This document shows, piece after piece, positions 22,869 to 35,135 of a stretch of DNA of 64,000 nt (position 1 is its first letter; the number at the start of each line of letters is the position of its first letter). The notes beneath the pieces were generated by a model. That model made no database searches. It saw only the letters and a program-made list of their open reading frames with translations, and was not told where the DNA came from. The position numbers were made by a program, and so were the translations under genes. The DNA comes from a virus (lineage: Duplodnaviria; Caudoviricetes): IMG/VR virus record IMGVR_UViG_3300011008_000004, positions 128,001-192,000 of that record, one strand, 5' to 3'.

Positions 22869-24794
22869 TTAGAAATTACTTGAATCAGTAAAATCTAAAT
22901 TTAAATCAGCTGGTCTTGGAAGTGGTTGAATTGAGTCATTAGTTTCAACTGGCCCTTCTATTTCAACTGGTTCTTCTATATTTTCTTCAGGTTCAGACCC
23001 TATGTTATCAACAACTTGATCCATAGGCTCATCTATACTCATATTTAAATCTAATGAATCATTGTCGTCTACATCACTAATCTCATTAGTAGTATCATCT
23101 TCAGATTTAGGTTCTTTTTGTTCTTCTTTTTCAGCGGCCATAGCATCTATAGCGTCTTGAATAAGCTGCATTGCTTCACCATCATTAACAATGCCTGACA
23201 ACAATGTTTTAGTAATCTGTAATTTAGTAACTTCGTCTGTAATGCCTTCTAATAATTGCATAACATCTCTTGTAACAGATACTTTATTCTGTAAGTTACT
23301 ACGTCTATCAACTTCTTCTTGAGTTGTAGGTGCTACCATATGTAATTCAAATTTATTTACGTATTCAGTTAAACCAGCGTCTATACACATTAAGTTTATA
23401 GCATCTGTTAATGCTTGCATTAAAGCATTTTGATTATGTTTAACTGTCTTAGCATATCTACTTGATTGTAATGCTAATGAAGATCCGCCATTAAATCCTG
23501 CAGCATCATCAGTATCACCTAAGAATTGTTTAGGAATTTTTATACCTGCGTATAATTTATTCTTAAAATAGTTAATATCATCTAAGCCTTTAACGTTAGG
23601 ATCACCGCCAATTTCTTTAGTGTCAATATTTCCTACGCCACCATGTGTAGGAATATAAACGTTATTTTCAGTAGGACCAGCATTATTATATTCAGTTAAT
23701 GAACCACCAGCATTTATAGCTGTTTTTTGCTCCATTAAAGATTTAATACCTTGTAAGTGTGGTCCAACATTTTCTTTTGGCATATCACCTACTTCAACTT
23801 GAATAACTCTTACAATAGATGATTTAGTTACTCTGTTAAGTAGCATTGAATTTTCAAGTAAATTCATTTCACGCCATATTTTATATTGTGAATAAAATAC
23901 TGATTGACCACGTTTTACAGTGTAGTTTAAATCTTTTCCTTGAGTACCATCTAATTGATCATTATCAGGTATAAAAATACTAACTTCTTCAGGAGTTCTA
24001 GTTGTATTATCTTCTAAAACGGCATGAACAAAGTCTCCTGCTCCGTGTAAATCAACGTCATTTTTATTGAATCTATATTTAAACATTGAAGAATACATAC
24101 CTTCATTAGCTCTTAAATCAGCATTAGTGCTATTTAAGTCAGCTTCTACGTAAGCGTATGTTTTACCATGTTTAACTAATTCAAATATTTTTGCAGGATT
24201 AGGCTACATTTCAACATAACCAGTGTAATGATCATTGGGTGAGTATGCAATTATATTTACGTTTTCATTTAATTGTTTTCTTTCTTCAACTTTATTACCA
24301 AATAATTCATCATCTTCATAATCAGATTGTCTATATAATCTTAAGTATAGGTCACCGTATTTACATAGACTTAGCATCCACTTGTATGCATTCTTATCAG
24401 CATTCATTGTGTCTAATAAATATGTTACATATTGCGTTACGTTGTCATCTGCGGATTCACACCAAATTATTTTACCGCTGTCATTATATTCAGTACCGTC
24501 TTGTGCGTATATTTCTAAAGCTGAAGCAATACGACTATCTTCACACATAGTGTCAATCATTTGATACATCTAGTCTCTGCGTTGAGATACACTAGTAAAA
24601 GACTATATAGAACTAATATCTAAAACTTCAGTTGATCCTTCATTTACAATATTAGTTAAAATAGTATTTTTAGTATCAATACCTATATTAGCCTAAGGCT
24701 TAGGCATTGCTTTAGGCTTCTTATTATAAATATTTTTATTATCTACAAATGCAGAATCTTTCTCTGTATTTAATACACTGTCGTTATTTGGCAT
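22869..24794 (-). CDS. Portal protein (T4 gp20-like), TAG=Gln
   Basis: LLENSMLLNR, VEVGDMPK, DINYF.NKLYAG.KIPK and KYGD.YL motifs; two track ORFs plus the N-terminus join in frame. Confidence 0.9.
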
Positions 24795-24807
24795 TTAAAT
24801 TAACCTC

Positions 24808-26826
24808 TTATAAAACGATAATACCTTGAGATAAATACGCTCTATTCCAATCTTCTTCACTTATCTCTTCTTTTTCTTGAGCAATGCTATTATACTAACC
24901 CATTGTTCTCTGTAGTTCTTCTTCGAATTGTCTATTCATCTCAGCGACCTAAGATGATTGACTTGCAGAAGAACTTACTTGTTTAATAATATCAAGTGTC
25001 TCACCGTAATCAAATGCATATTGCTCTGCAAATTTGCTAGCTGTGAATACTGATCCACATACTGCGTCGAGTACGTCCTTGTGTCCATTTGCAGGGTGAT
25101 CTACTTTACCACTATTTATATTTCTTTCAATCTAAACAAATTCATCAAATAATCGTTCAGATTTATACATTACAAATCTTTTCTCATACACAGAAGATTG
25201 TAAATACTAATATGGTTTGCATATATGATCACTATCAACTCTATCAACTGATAGAATTTCACAATCAAAACCTTCTGCTATTAGTTGTTGTCCAGTGTCA
25301 TAAGATTGGAATGTATCGTATGTAATTTTCTTTATCTTAAATCCGACATTTTTAAGCCATCTTATAAAATTTCTATTCTTTTCAAATGAAATCTATCGGC
25401 CTTTAGGTGCTTTTATACTTGTACTAAAAGCTAATCTAAAACTTAAATCTCTTGCCTATTGATTTGGATCTGTACTAACTTTTTTACCTATTATCCAAGT
25501 TCCAGCAATACCAGTCATATCCCCACTTACTGACATATCTAAATGAATAAATAAAGGTTTACTCATTAGTTCTTTTGGAATATTCTGCATGTCAAAATAG
25601 TTATAATACTAATCAACATCTTCAGAACCATTACCCGTTTCTATTATGTCTGGAAATGGGTTTTTAAAGTCAGGATTTATAGCTTCTGTAACTCTTTCAG
25701 CTGACATGTACTTATTAACAGATGCACTTGATATACCAGCGTAATCGCATAGCATTCTCTCTAAGTCTTCTAACGCTTTTGCTTTAAAATCTATAGGAGC
25801 TGCTATTACTCTATAACCTTTATCTTTATAGAATTGTATATCAGCATCATTAGGTATAACCAAACTTGCCTTATACTTATCACCTACGCCAATATAAAAT
25901 ATTTCATTACTATATGTGCCTTTAGGTTTAACTTCCCAAACAGGTTTATCTACAACTAAAGTATTACTGCCTTCTGTTTCCTATAATGTTTTTATATACT
26001 CTTCCATAAATGATTGCTCACTACGTTTAGAAGAAGCAACACATAACATTGTAGGATTTTTACCCTCATGAACGAATCTGGTTAACATGCCGCCTATAGC
26101 TGTATCAATCATATTCTTTGCTTTTTCTTTCTGTTTATCTATATCTTGATTTCTAATAAAGCTGATTTCATCAAAAAATGCAAAAAATACAGGTTTACCA
26201 ATTACATCGTCTGCTTGAGATCCAATAACTATATTTATTGGATCAGGAGGAACCCAGTAAGGTTGATTATTTCTCTAAGTTATACTTCCTTTTGACATAA
26301 ACCAAGGAGACATCTATATTGTTTTCTAAAACTTACTAATAGCGATCTCTTCTGATAGCGCTAATTTAATATTCATAAAAGCAAATATTATTTTTTCAGT
26401 AAGTTTTATATGATAATAAGATAATGGATCTTTTAAACACATTAAACGATACATTAAATATGTGCCTACTGCACCACAAGCCACTTCAGATTTGCCAATA
26501 CCACGAGCGCCAGACTCAAGTAATGTGTTATAATCAGTATCTATATTATTAGGAAATAATTTCTTTAATATATCTAACCAAAAAGGATACAACTTTAATT
26601 TGCCACTAGCATCTTTCCAAGCTTTTCCTAAGAATCTATCATCTGTTAGAAATGTTTCTATGTCTACAGGGATTTCTTTAAAGTCGTCATAAAGTAAATC
26701 ATCAAAAGTCTATGACTAACCTTTATCTGACATCTCTCCTAAAATCTACATAACCATAGATTTTTCTTGTTCAGATAAATCATTTAAGTTATTTAATTGT
26801 GATATATCTAGTTCATTCGACATCAT
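24808..26826 (-). CDS. Terminase large subunit (at least 14 in-frame TAGs by my count)
   Basis: Walker A GARGIGKS, Walker B FFDEI, ASS coupling motif, nuclease FIHLDMS, ITYDTFQS and HKDVLDAVCG. Confidence 0.9.
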
Positions 26827-26844
26827 CGACCTGAAATTCCTATT

Positions 26845-28284
26845 TTAATTTAGTAGTTTCCCAGATGAGTAATATCTATTTATCTTATCTAGTACCTCAT
26901 CAGATGTGTAATCATTATAGTTGTACGTTTTATATTCACCATTTGTTTCAGTATGAATTAATACTGTTTGTTTATTTGAGAACACAAAATCTAACCAAGT
27001 TAACAACGAGTATAATTGAGTTACAGAAGGTTTATGTTTAGGTAAAACTATGTATGGACTTATCCAAGAATCTTTACCGCCTCTGCTTCTAACTCTTATG
27101 CAATTTAATTTAACTTCTAAAAATTGACTGCCATCAGCAAAATCTAAATCTTGATTTTTAATATACTTCTTTTTCATTAAGTATTTATCTATATCTAAGT
27201 GATTGTTTGATTTTAAAAATTCACCTGTAGGTAAAATATAGTATCCACCATAAGCTGGTTTATTTGTTACCTCAAAATTATTTTCTAAATCTTGTAAAAT
27301 AGTTTCATCATCTACTTCGCTTGATAAATCAATCTCATTATAGTAGCTTTCTTTTAATATCAAATCATCTGGATATTTTATGTCATTTACATTTTGAACA
27401 ATTAAAACAGGCTATGGTTTATCATACCCACACAATTCACCTGCAACAATCATTCTATGACGGCCTTCTTGACCATCGTCATTATAATTTAAAAAACAAA
27501 TAGGAAATTTTCTATGATATCTAATTATTACATCTCTTAAATGTTCTATAATATTTTCATCATTTTTAGTTTGCTATATTTGTTTTTCTCTAGTGCTATT
27601 AAATAATTTAGCACATTCATCAAAGTACTAGTTAGGCGTCATCATTATGATAGAACCAATAACACCTTTTCTATCTCTCATATATTTAGCATCATGTAAT
27701 ATATCATCATAATAGCTTACGCCTGTTTTGTTTTTGTCAAATATGTCGCATGACTCCACATTAGAAGCTGAAGTACCATAATCATAAAATTTCTACTCAC
27801 TATCTAAATAAGCTTCATTTTGTGGGACTTTATTTGTTTTAAAATAATACTTTAAATCTTCAATAATAGATTTAATTGAAATATGTTCATAATCCCAAAA
27901 ATCTATTTGATAACCATTTTTATCTGAAATTTGAATTGAAAAATATTGTCTATTGTAACCTAACTGTTTTATAACATTTAAAAGTGTATTATATTGAGCA
28001 TTTGTAGGTTCTAATATCAGTTCGATACCCGGTATTTCTGGCGATAATCTAATATTACCTTTATTCATAAATGCTAATAAACTTTCAGGACCTTTGTAGT
28101 ATAATTCACCATCAAAAGCATCGCATATGGATCTATGATCTATTATACGTCTATTTTGACCACCTGAAAAATCTAACAAAGAGCCATTAATCGTTATAAA
28201 AGCTGCTTTATTAGCATTAGCAGTAGTTCCAAATATTTTTATAGCATTCTATTCTATATTTTCATTCAAATGTATTAATTTCAT
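26845..28284 (-). CDS. Three-module protein (479 aa in code 15) with a central ParB/Srx-like motif
   Basis: Single frame from ATG 28284 joins track ORFs 27793..28179 and 26845..27363; QEGRHRM in the middle. Confidence 0.65.
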
Positions 28285-28393
28285 GTTTTTATTATATAAT
28301 ATACAAAAATTGTGATATACAAAATCAAAAGGGAGATTTCAGCACTTTTAGCTAAAATCTCCCAAATAATTTCCTAATTAGTTAAAGTGCAAC

Positions 28394-28777
28394 TTATTTA
28401 TTTTCAACCTTTAAAGTATAAATTGTACTTTCAATTAAGCTCTTTAAGTAATCACTCATATCACCAAAATTCTTAGTAATATAATCTATAGCTTCTGGTG
28501 CTAATTGATGTTTTATTTTATTTAAGCAAGCTTCTAATGCTGCTTTTTGAGCATCTTTATCAAACTTACCTTCTTCTTTTAGTTTCTCAACATATGTTTG
28601 ATATGTTTCTTTAACAGCATTTGTTGTTATTGAGACTATATTCGTTAAATAACCAGCTGCTTTTTTATCAGCTATTTTAGTACTTATCCATTGACTAAAT
28701 TTTGTAACTGCTAGTGTGCATAAGCCAGTTATAATAGTTCCTAATGCTGCAAGTAAAATTTGAACAATTTCATTCAT
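28394..28777 (-). CDS. Holin-like protein (single N-terminal TM helix, LL-H-like)
   Basis: TM helix followed by AVKETYQTYVEKLK.EGKF...IES.I..LK. Confidence 0.65.
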   Translation of the reverse strand: MNEIVQILLAALGTIITGLCTLAVTKFSQWISTKIADKKAAGYLTNIVSITTNAVKETYQTYVEKLKEEGKFDKDAQKAALEACLNKIKHQLAPEAIDYITKNFGDMSDYLKSLIESTIYTLKVENK

Positions 28778-28792
28778 CTTTCAATCACCTCT

Positions 28793-29209
28793 TTATTTGT
28801 TATTTTCTTTAATAGGTAGATTTTCCATTTCTTCAGCCCAATAATTTACATATTCTTTAAAACTATTTCCACCTAAATTTTCATAAGTTTCCATTAATTG
28901 TTTAAAAGTAGATTTATCACCAATATCGGCATAACCTTGTTTTCTACATCTTTCTAAGATTGCTTTCATATTACATCTAGATTCTAACACGTCACTCGCT
29001 AATGATAGATTAGTCTTTTCCTCTAAAGCATCTATTTTTTTAGATATAAGATCTATCTCTTCTTTTATGACTTCCCTCATTTGCTCTTGTTTTTCAGATT
29101 TAACTCTATCTTTAGCTTTTTTAGTATTAGACTTGATTGCACACCATAGTTCTTTTATGACTAGACTTGCAATACCAGTACTACAAATAATAGTCAACCA
29201 TAGTGGCAT
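28793..29209 (-). CDS. Membrane-anchored holin-associated protein
   Basis: N-terminal TM helix, coiled coil and Y.NLGGN...LP C-terminus typical of lysis-cassette proteins. Confidence 0.55.
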   Translation of the reverse strand: MPLWLTIICSTGIASLVIKELWCAIKSNTKKAKDRVKSEKQEQMREVIKEEIDLISKKIDALEEKTNLSLASDVLESRCNMKAILERCRKQGYADIGDKSTFKQLMETYENLGGNSFKEYVNYWAEEMENLPIKENNK

Positions 29210-29254
29210 TGTAATATCTTCCTTTTAAATATAAATTTTATTTAATCTTAATCA

Positions 29255-29842
29255 TTACTTATATAATTTAGCTCCAATTTTAGACGCAGATGCTTCCACC
29301 CAAAAATCATCATAATATACATAAGCGCCATTTTCATATTTTGGAATTTCTATGGTTATCAACCATATAAATATAATTATAAAGTAAGCAGCTATACAAG
29401 CGCCTATTATCTATAAAAATAATAAATCAAATAAAATTCCAAGAATTATGCATGCAGCACTTATTATCCAAAATATGGTACAAAGAATTAATGAATAAAG
29501 TGTTTTACTTCTCTATGTTTTAAACTCTCTGAGCCAATATCTTGTAGCACTCGGTATGCATACTATGAAAGGCATTAAAGGACCTAAAATTATATTCTGA
29601 ATACCGTGTCCTGATTCATGTTGTTTTAAATGTTTTCCAGGATTTTTACAACATATGAAAAAACATCCAGCTTCAAAACCACCCCAATTTTCACCAACTT
29701 CAAAATATATGTTCTAATAAAATCTTTGGGGTTTATGTCCCGTTATCAATAAACCTAAGGCACAAAAACAACCAAATAATGTCATAATTACACCCCAGGT
29801 AAATGATAAAATATAGAATAATATAATTTTAATAGTTTTCAT
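29255..29842 (-). CDS. Multi-pass membrane protein with HExGH zinc-peptidase-like motif, visible only in code 15
   Basis: ATG 29842 to TAA 29255; LKQHESGHGIQN...FWVEASA; several hydrophobic helices. Confidence 0.65.
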
Positions 29843-29900
29843 ATATAATCCTAAAATGATCCTAGAGGCTTTTACACCTCTAGGATTTATTTATGTTTAA

Positions 29901-31931
29901 TTATTGAATTTCGCCATCGTCTATAACTATATCAATAACTGTATAGTTTGTAGCACCATTTAATTTTACTTTTAATTGATTGTTACCAGTACCATCTGAT
30001 ATATATGTTATATCATCAGCTGCTTTTGTAATAGTACCATTACTATCTATGCTTAAGCCGTTACCATTGGTAACTTTAACAGCTCCAGCTGTTCCAGTTG
30101 AGCCTAAAGCCATTGCAACGACACCATTACTATCTATGCTTAAGCCGTTATTATTAGTAATTTTAACTGTACCTAATGTTGAAGTAGTAGCTTTAAACGC
30201 TGAGTTAGAATGATTAGTCCAAGTAGGTGCTGTATTTGCGCCATTGGATATTAATACTTGATTAGATGATCCACTTCCAACAGGAGCATAAATATTGAAT
30301 CCGCCAGTTATACCTAATTCATAGCCATAACGTCCAGTACCAAAATCATTTTTAGGTGTTAAAGTGAAATTTACATCAGATCCAGTATCTGCAGTACCAT
30401 TTATTTTAATTGCAGGGGCTGTACCATTATATCTAAATTCAGCGACTGGGATTTTTACATCATCAGGATTTTTATCATCTGAATATGCGATATTTAAAGT
30501 CTGTTTATGATCAGCGTAGTCATTTTCAGTAGTTTCTATTTTTGATATACCACGTCCATTGATTATTTTAAATACTTTTGTATCTTTTACATATTTACTA
30601 CTATCATCTTTTTGATCGTACTCAATATCATACTCATTCACACCAGAAGATGCATCATTGTATGTGCCATTAAGTTTAACTTCTTTTATACCACGTCCAA
30701 CAATATTATCTAAAGTTATATCCAAACCAAATTTAAGATTTGCTTCGTCTAAATAAACAGTTGTACTACCTGTAGGACTCCAAAGATTTGTTCCTGGATT
30801 CGCTACATTATATGTTACATCTACATCTCTAGCTATTGGAAGGAAATCACCCCTAGTAAATGAACCAGTTGGACCGGTTGGGCCTGTTGCACCTTGAATA
30901 CCCTAACCACCTTGAGGGCCTTGTGGACCTGTAGCGCCTGTGTCACCTTTTACACCTTGTTCGCCTTGAGGACCAGTTGGACCTTGAATACCCTGAGCGC
31001 CAGACATGTCTGTTAAAAATGCAAAGTGTGCGGTATCTTTATCTAACAATGTGGTATTATCTTTTCTTACATATAATCTACTATTTTCTTCTTGTTCAAC
31101 AGAGTTAGCTATTAGAACGAATTTACCTAGATTCACATTAGCATAATCAGCTTCCATCAATTCAACAGAAGAGTATGTTTTATAAATACTAAATCCTTCG
31201 CCTTTATCACCTTTGTCGCCTTTGGGACCAGTAGGACCTTGATCACCTTGAATACCTTGAATACCTTGAGGACCTTGAGGACCAGTTGCACCTATATCGC
31301 CTTTTTCACCTTGAGGTCCGGTTGGGCCAGTAGCACCGGTAGCGCCGGTATCACCTTTTGCTCCAGGAGCGCCATCTTGGCCAGGAACGCCTTGAATACC
31401 TTGAATACCTTGAGGACCTGTAGCTCCAGTTGGACCTGTAGCACCATCTTGGCCATTTATGCCATCAGCTCCAGCGGGGCCTGTTGGACCGGTTATGCCA
31501 TCTTGCCCATCTCTACCGTTTGTACCAGGAGCTCCAGTCGCGCCTGTTGCACCAGTAGCACCTGTAGGTCCTGTTTCGCCTTGAATACCTTGGCCACCTT
31601 GAGGACCTTGAGCTCCTGTAGGACCAATTTCACCTGCAGGACCTGTTGGACCTACTTCGCCTAATTTTTTCCACTCAAAATTAGTTGGAGCTACAGTTAT
31701 AGCGCTTTGTATAAAATTGTCTAATATATATAAGCAGCAATCCTCTTGAACAGACACTATCATACCTTTATATATAGGATAGTATATGTTACCAGCACTT
31801 ACAACTGCCCAAGTGCTTGCCGAACTAAGATCAGATATACTATTAACAGTTTGTCTAGCGTCAAATGGACTAGCTTGTGTTAAATCATACGAAGTATCAA
31901 TAGTTAGGGCAAATTCATCTAATTTTCCCAT
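29901..31931 (-). CDS. Collagen-like fibre protein (TAG=Gln)
   Basis: Long G-X-Y tracts; the two track ORFs join via TAG 30903-30905 inside a collagen repeat. Confidence 0.85.
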
Positions 31932-31943
31932 GTCTATATCTCC

Positions 31944-32696
31944 TTAAATGTTGCGATGTTATATCTACTTTGTAACTATTATGCATAGTTTTAAATTTTG
32001 TAACTATGAATTAGCTACACTTATGCCTATATCACTTAATGTATATTGTGCAAAACCATCAATTTCAGTACGTATAAGCATCTATTCAATTGTTTTTTTA
32101 CCTGAACCAAAAGGCTTATAGGAATCTGTTAAACTGTCATATAACATAATGCCTATAATTTGCATATTAGAATCTATCTATATATTAAATGCATCTTTAG
32201 ATAATTTAATATTATAATAACCTTCAGCGTCTACTAATCCGCCTGCATTTAAATCTATTTTAAATCCACCATGCTCTAAATCTTTAGATGAAAAATAATA
32301 CTAATTATTTTCAAGAGGATTTATTTTAACGTTATTTACATAAGCAAATCTATTAGCAGCGGTGGCTTCTTGATTGTAATACTCATAAATATTATTTACT
32401 AAATCACTAACTGTGAAATCAGTTTTACCACTATCGGATAAATAGTTCCACCAAGCTGTTAAACCTACTTGTTCTTTGCTTATGTTAGTAACTGCTTTCT
32501 ATAACGAGTCTGTAGTAACAATGCCTGTAATAAGATCTGTAGTAGGCGTTGGCTTATAATTAGATCTATAAAGAGCATTTATTAACTCATACGTTTTGGT
32601 TTTATCAGATAAACCATACCAAGATTTAAGTTTATAATTTAAGGAGCTAAAATCATCTACTAATTTTACAAGTGTTCTTGTGTCATTTTGAGACAT
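31944..32696 (-). CDS. Hypothetical fibre-module protein (several TAGs)
   Basis: Track ORF 32499..32696 extends to TAA 31944 in code 15. Confidence 0.6.
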
Positions 32697-32709
32697 TTAT
32701 AATCCTCAC

Positions 32710-33477
32710 TTAAATTAAATTATTTAAATCAGTTATTGCTGTGCCTATTGTTGTCTGTAAAGCAGTTACAGTACTCTATAAAGAGTTTATATTATTTTTA
32801 TTTGTAGTAATTTGAGTCACGCCAACATCAGTAATTCCAGAATTAATAGCATTTAACTGATTCGTGGTTAAAGAATCTTGCTTACTACCTAAAGCAGCTT
32901 CAGTTTCTGATTTAGTTAAAAATTCACCACCTATAGTGATAAGTCCATCTATTTGTGTATAAGTTAAACCATTAAATTTAACAGATGTGGTTAGTCCAGC
33001 AGCACCAATAGGACCAGTTGCACCAGTAGGTCCAGTAGGACCAGTTGCGCCTGTAGCGCCTTTTGCTCCGGTCGGACCAACTTCACCTTGATCACCTTTA
33101 TCACCTTTATCACCCTTTTCTCCAGGTTCGCCTGCTGGACCAACTACTTCACCTGCATCTAAAATAGTATCATCATTAAAATGAATAATTAAATGACCAT
33201 TAATTATTTCTGTAGTAACAATAGACTTATTATCAGCGTCAGCTATAAAAGCATATTCACCTTCAGCATTCTTTTTGTATGTATAGAATTTATTTTCAGC
33301 TTCAACAAAAACTTTTAAGCCGTGATATGCTGCACCGTATTGTTCGTCTATAGATTCAAAATAAGTTGTATCAGGAACAATAAATCTTGCATCAATTGGA
33401 TTAGGACCTAAAACTGCAAAGCCTGTAGCAAAATCAACAAAACCTTTAGTTTTTATATATTCTCTAAAATCTGACAT
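32710..33477 (-). CDS. Collagen-like fibre protein with C-terminal coiled coil
   Basis: PIDAR head motif and G-X-Y tract; reads through TAG 32776 to TAA 32710. Confidence 0.75.
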
Positions 33478-33489
33478 GCTTAATCCTCA

Positions 33490-34059
33490 TTAAAATATAA
33501 ATTTATATGAATATGTATATGAACCAGTTGAATATGCTGTTTGAATATATACATTGTAAGTTGCTTCATTTATAACTAATTCTAATTTACTAAATGAAGT
33601 AGTAACATCAAAACCTGTTTGTACATGTATAATTTTATTCAAATCGCCATAAACAGCTGGATAAGCAAATAAACATCTATTCTTAAGAGCTTCATAGGAG
33701 TATTCTTTACCTATACTCTTTTCGATTTTAATCTTATCTACTTCACAATTGTCCAATATAATTTGACTGGTTAATTCTGCTAAACTTGGTATAGTTACAC
33801 AACCATGATAACAAGGTTCAGAATTTGCGCCACCTGTTGTCCAACTCAAAGTAATCACCCCATCAATAACTTCTGCTTGTAGAATATAAGCGCCATCTTT
33901 TAAAGTTCCATCTGGATTTTTAGGTAATGTACTAAAATTAAGATCAGCTTTTATAGTTCTATCATCATTATTAACATCAGTTATAATTGAATCTGTAGCT
34001 AGTCCTGTGAAATCACATTCACCAACTTCATAATCTAATTTACCTTTTACTATTTCCAT
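33490..34059 (-). CDS. Virion structural/decoration protein
   Basis: GAGG SD before ATG 34059; FAYPA.YGDL..I...TGFD...F C-terminal domain resembling the end of 42200..43570. Confidence 0.55.
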   Translation of the reverse strand: MEIVKGKLDYEVGECDFTGLATDSIITDVNNDDRTIKADLNFSTLPKNPDGTLKDGAYILQAEVIDGVITLSWTTGGANSEPCYHGCVTIPSLAELTSQIILDNCEVDKIKIEKSIGKEYSYEALKNRCLFAYPAVYGDLNKIIHVQTGFDVTTSFSKLELVINEATYNVYIQTAYSTGSYTYSYKFIF

Positions 34060-34073
34060 TAAAAAATCCTCAA

Positions 34074-34448
34074 TTAATCTAAGATACACATCTAAGTCTT
34101 AGGAATTACTGATGTTATAAACTCTTCTTTCTTCCTAAAATACTTTATCTTTATTTGGTAATAATATTTACCGTCACATAAGTTTTCGGTCATTCTAGGC
34201 GGTATCTCAACCACTAAATCACCTTCTTTTGTTATAGTGGCATTTTCTTCTGTATATTTAAATTTTACATCAGCATGTTCAAACTTTTGGTTAGGAGACA
34301 TTATTCCCATATAAATCTCCCAGTTTCTATGCTTTAGTAAATTATATCTCACTGGTTTAAGCAATGTGCCTTGATTTATAAATAATGCAAACTTAACCGT
34401 ATCGCCTCTTGCGAAAGATATGTTATTGTTTTTGCACACTCTAAGCAT
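34074..34448 (-). CDS. BppU-N-like beta-sandwich fibre/baseplate adaptor
   Basis: I..RGDT...EIPP..TENL..GKYYYQIKI; reads through TAG 34092. Confidence 0.55.
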
Positions 34449-34499
34449 AACTACTTTTCCTCATTATATACTAATTTAGCTTGATTTAACGTAAAAAAT

Positions 34500-34531
34500 A
34501 AAGACCAGTGTAATTTTTACACTGGTCTTTT
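34500..34531 (-). terminator. Intrinsic terminator
   Basis: AAAAGACCAGTGTAA/TTACACTGGTCTTTT inverted repeat. Confidence 0.75.
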
Positions 34532-34543
34532 ATATACTATATT

Positions 34544-35002
34544 TTAGAAAGACTTCACAAACATATTAAATTTAAAAAGTAATTCTTGTAAACTTTCAGC
34601 TTGAAATATTTTATAACCATCATTTATATTTATATCAGATAATTTAGGTGTGTATTCACCTGGTTGAGTTTTTACAAATAATTTAAATTTATTTAATAAA
34701 TTTTTTAAGTATTCTTTTTCAAATTCTCTTATAAGATCATAACTTGTTTCAATGTCTAAAAAGTATTGCTTAGAACCTCTATTATAATATACTAATAAGT
34801 CATTTAGTGAATAGAATGAAGGTTGCATTGTTTCTGTTGGAGATACTACTGCAAATATAAATTTGTTATCTGCACAATTATATTCGTTGTCTTCCCAATC
34901 TGGATATAATTTTTTATATTTTTTAGCGTTTTTTACACGTATGTTTTTGCATCTTTTAATTTCTTTGTTCATTAATTTGTTTAGTTTTTTATTATTAAAC
35001 AC
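34544..35002 (-). CDS. Hypothetical protein downstream of the tRNA
   Basis: Intact ORF flanked by terminators. Confidence 0.55.
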   Translation of the reverse strand: MFNNKKLNKLMNKEIKRCKNIRVKNAKKYKKLYPDWEDNEYNCADNKFIFAVVSPTETMQPSFYSLNDLLVYYNRGSKQYFLDIETSYDLIREFEKEYLKNLLNKFKLFVKTQPGEYTPKLSDININDGYKIFQAESLQELLFKFNMFVKSF

Positions 35003-35046
35003 TATGTAATTTCCCTATATTTTAAATATATAATTATATACAAAAC

Positions 35047-35071
35047 AAAAGACGTAGATATCTACGTCTTT
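35047..35071 (-). terminator. Palindromic hairpin/terminator after the tRNA
   Basis: AAAAGACGTAGA-T-ATCTACGTCTTT near-perfect palindrome. Confidence 0.65.
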
Positions 35072-35135
35072 ATTATGTCTTATTACAGACAATCACTATA
35101 AATAGTAATGTATTTAGCTATATATTTTATAGTTA

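Noticed and set aside
22869-26826. Fragmented portal/terminase read as pseudogenes or a decayed prophage
   Set aside because: All breaks are in-frame TAG with no frameshifts, TAA or TGA, and catalytic motifs are intact.
33490-34448. Fusion of 34092..34448 with 33490..34089 via TAG
   Set aside because: The frames differ: read-through stops at TAA 34074, and the second gene has its own SD and ATG at 34059.
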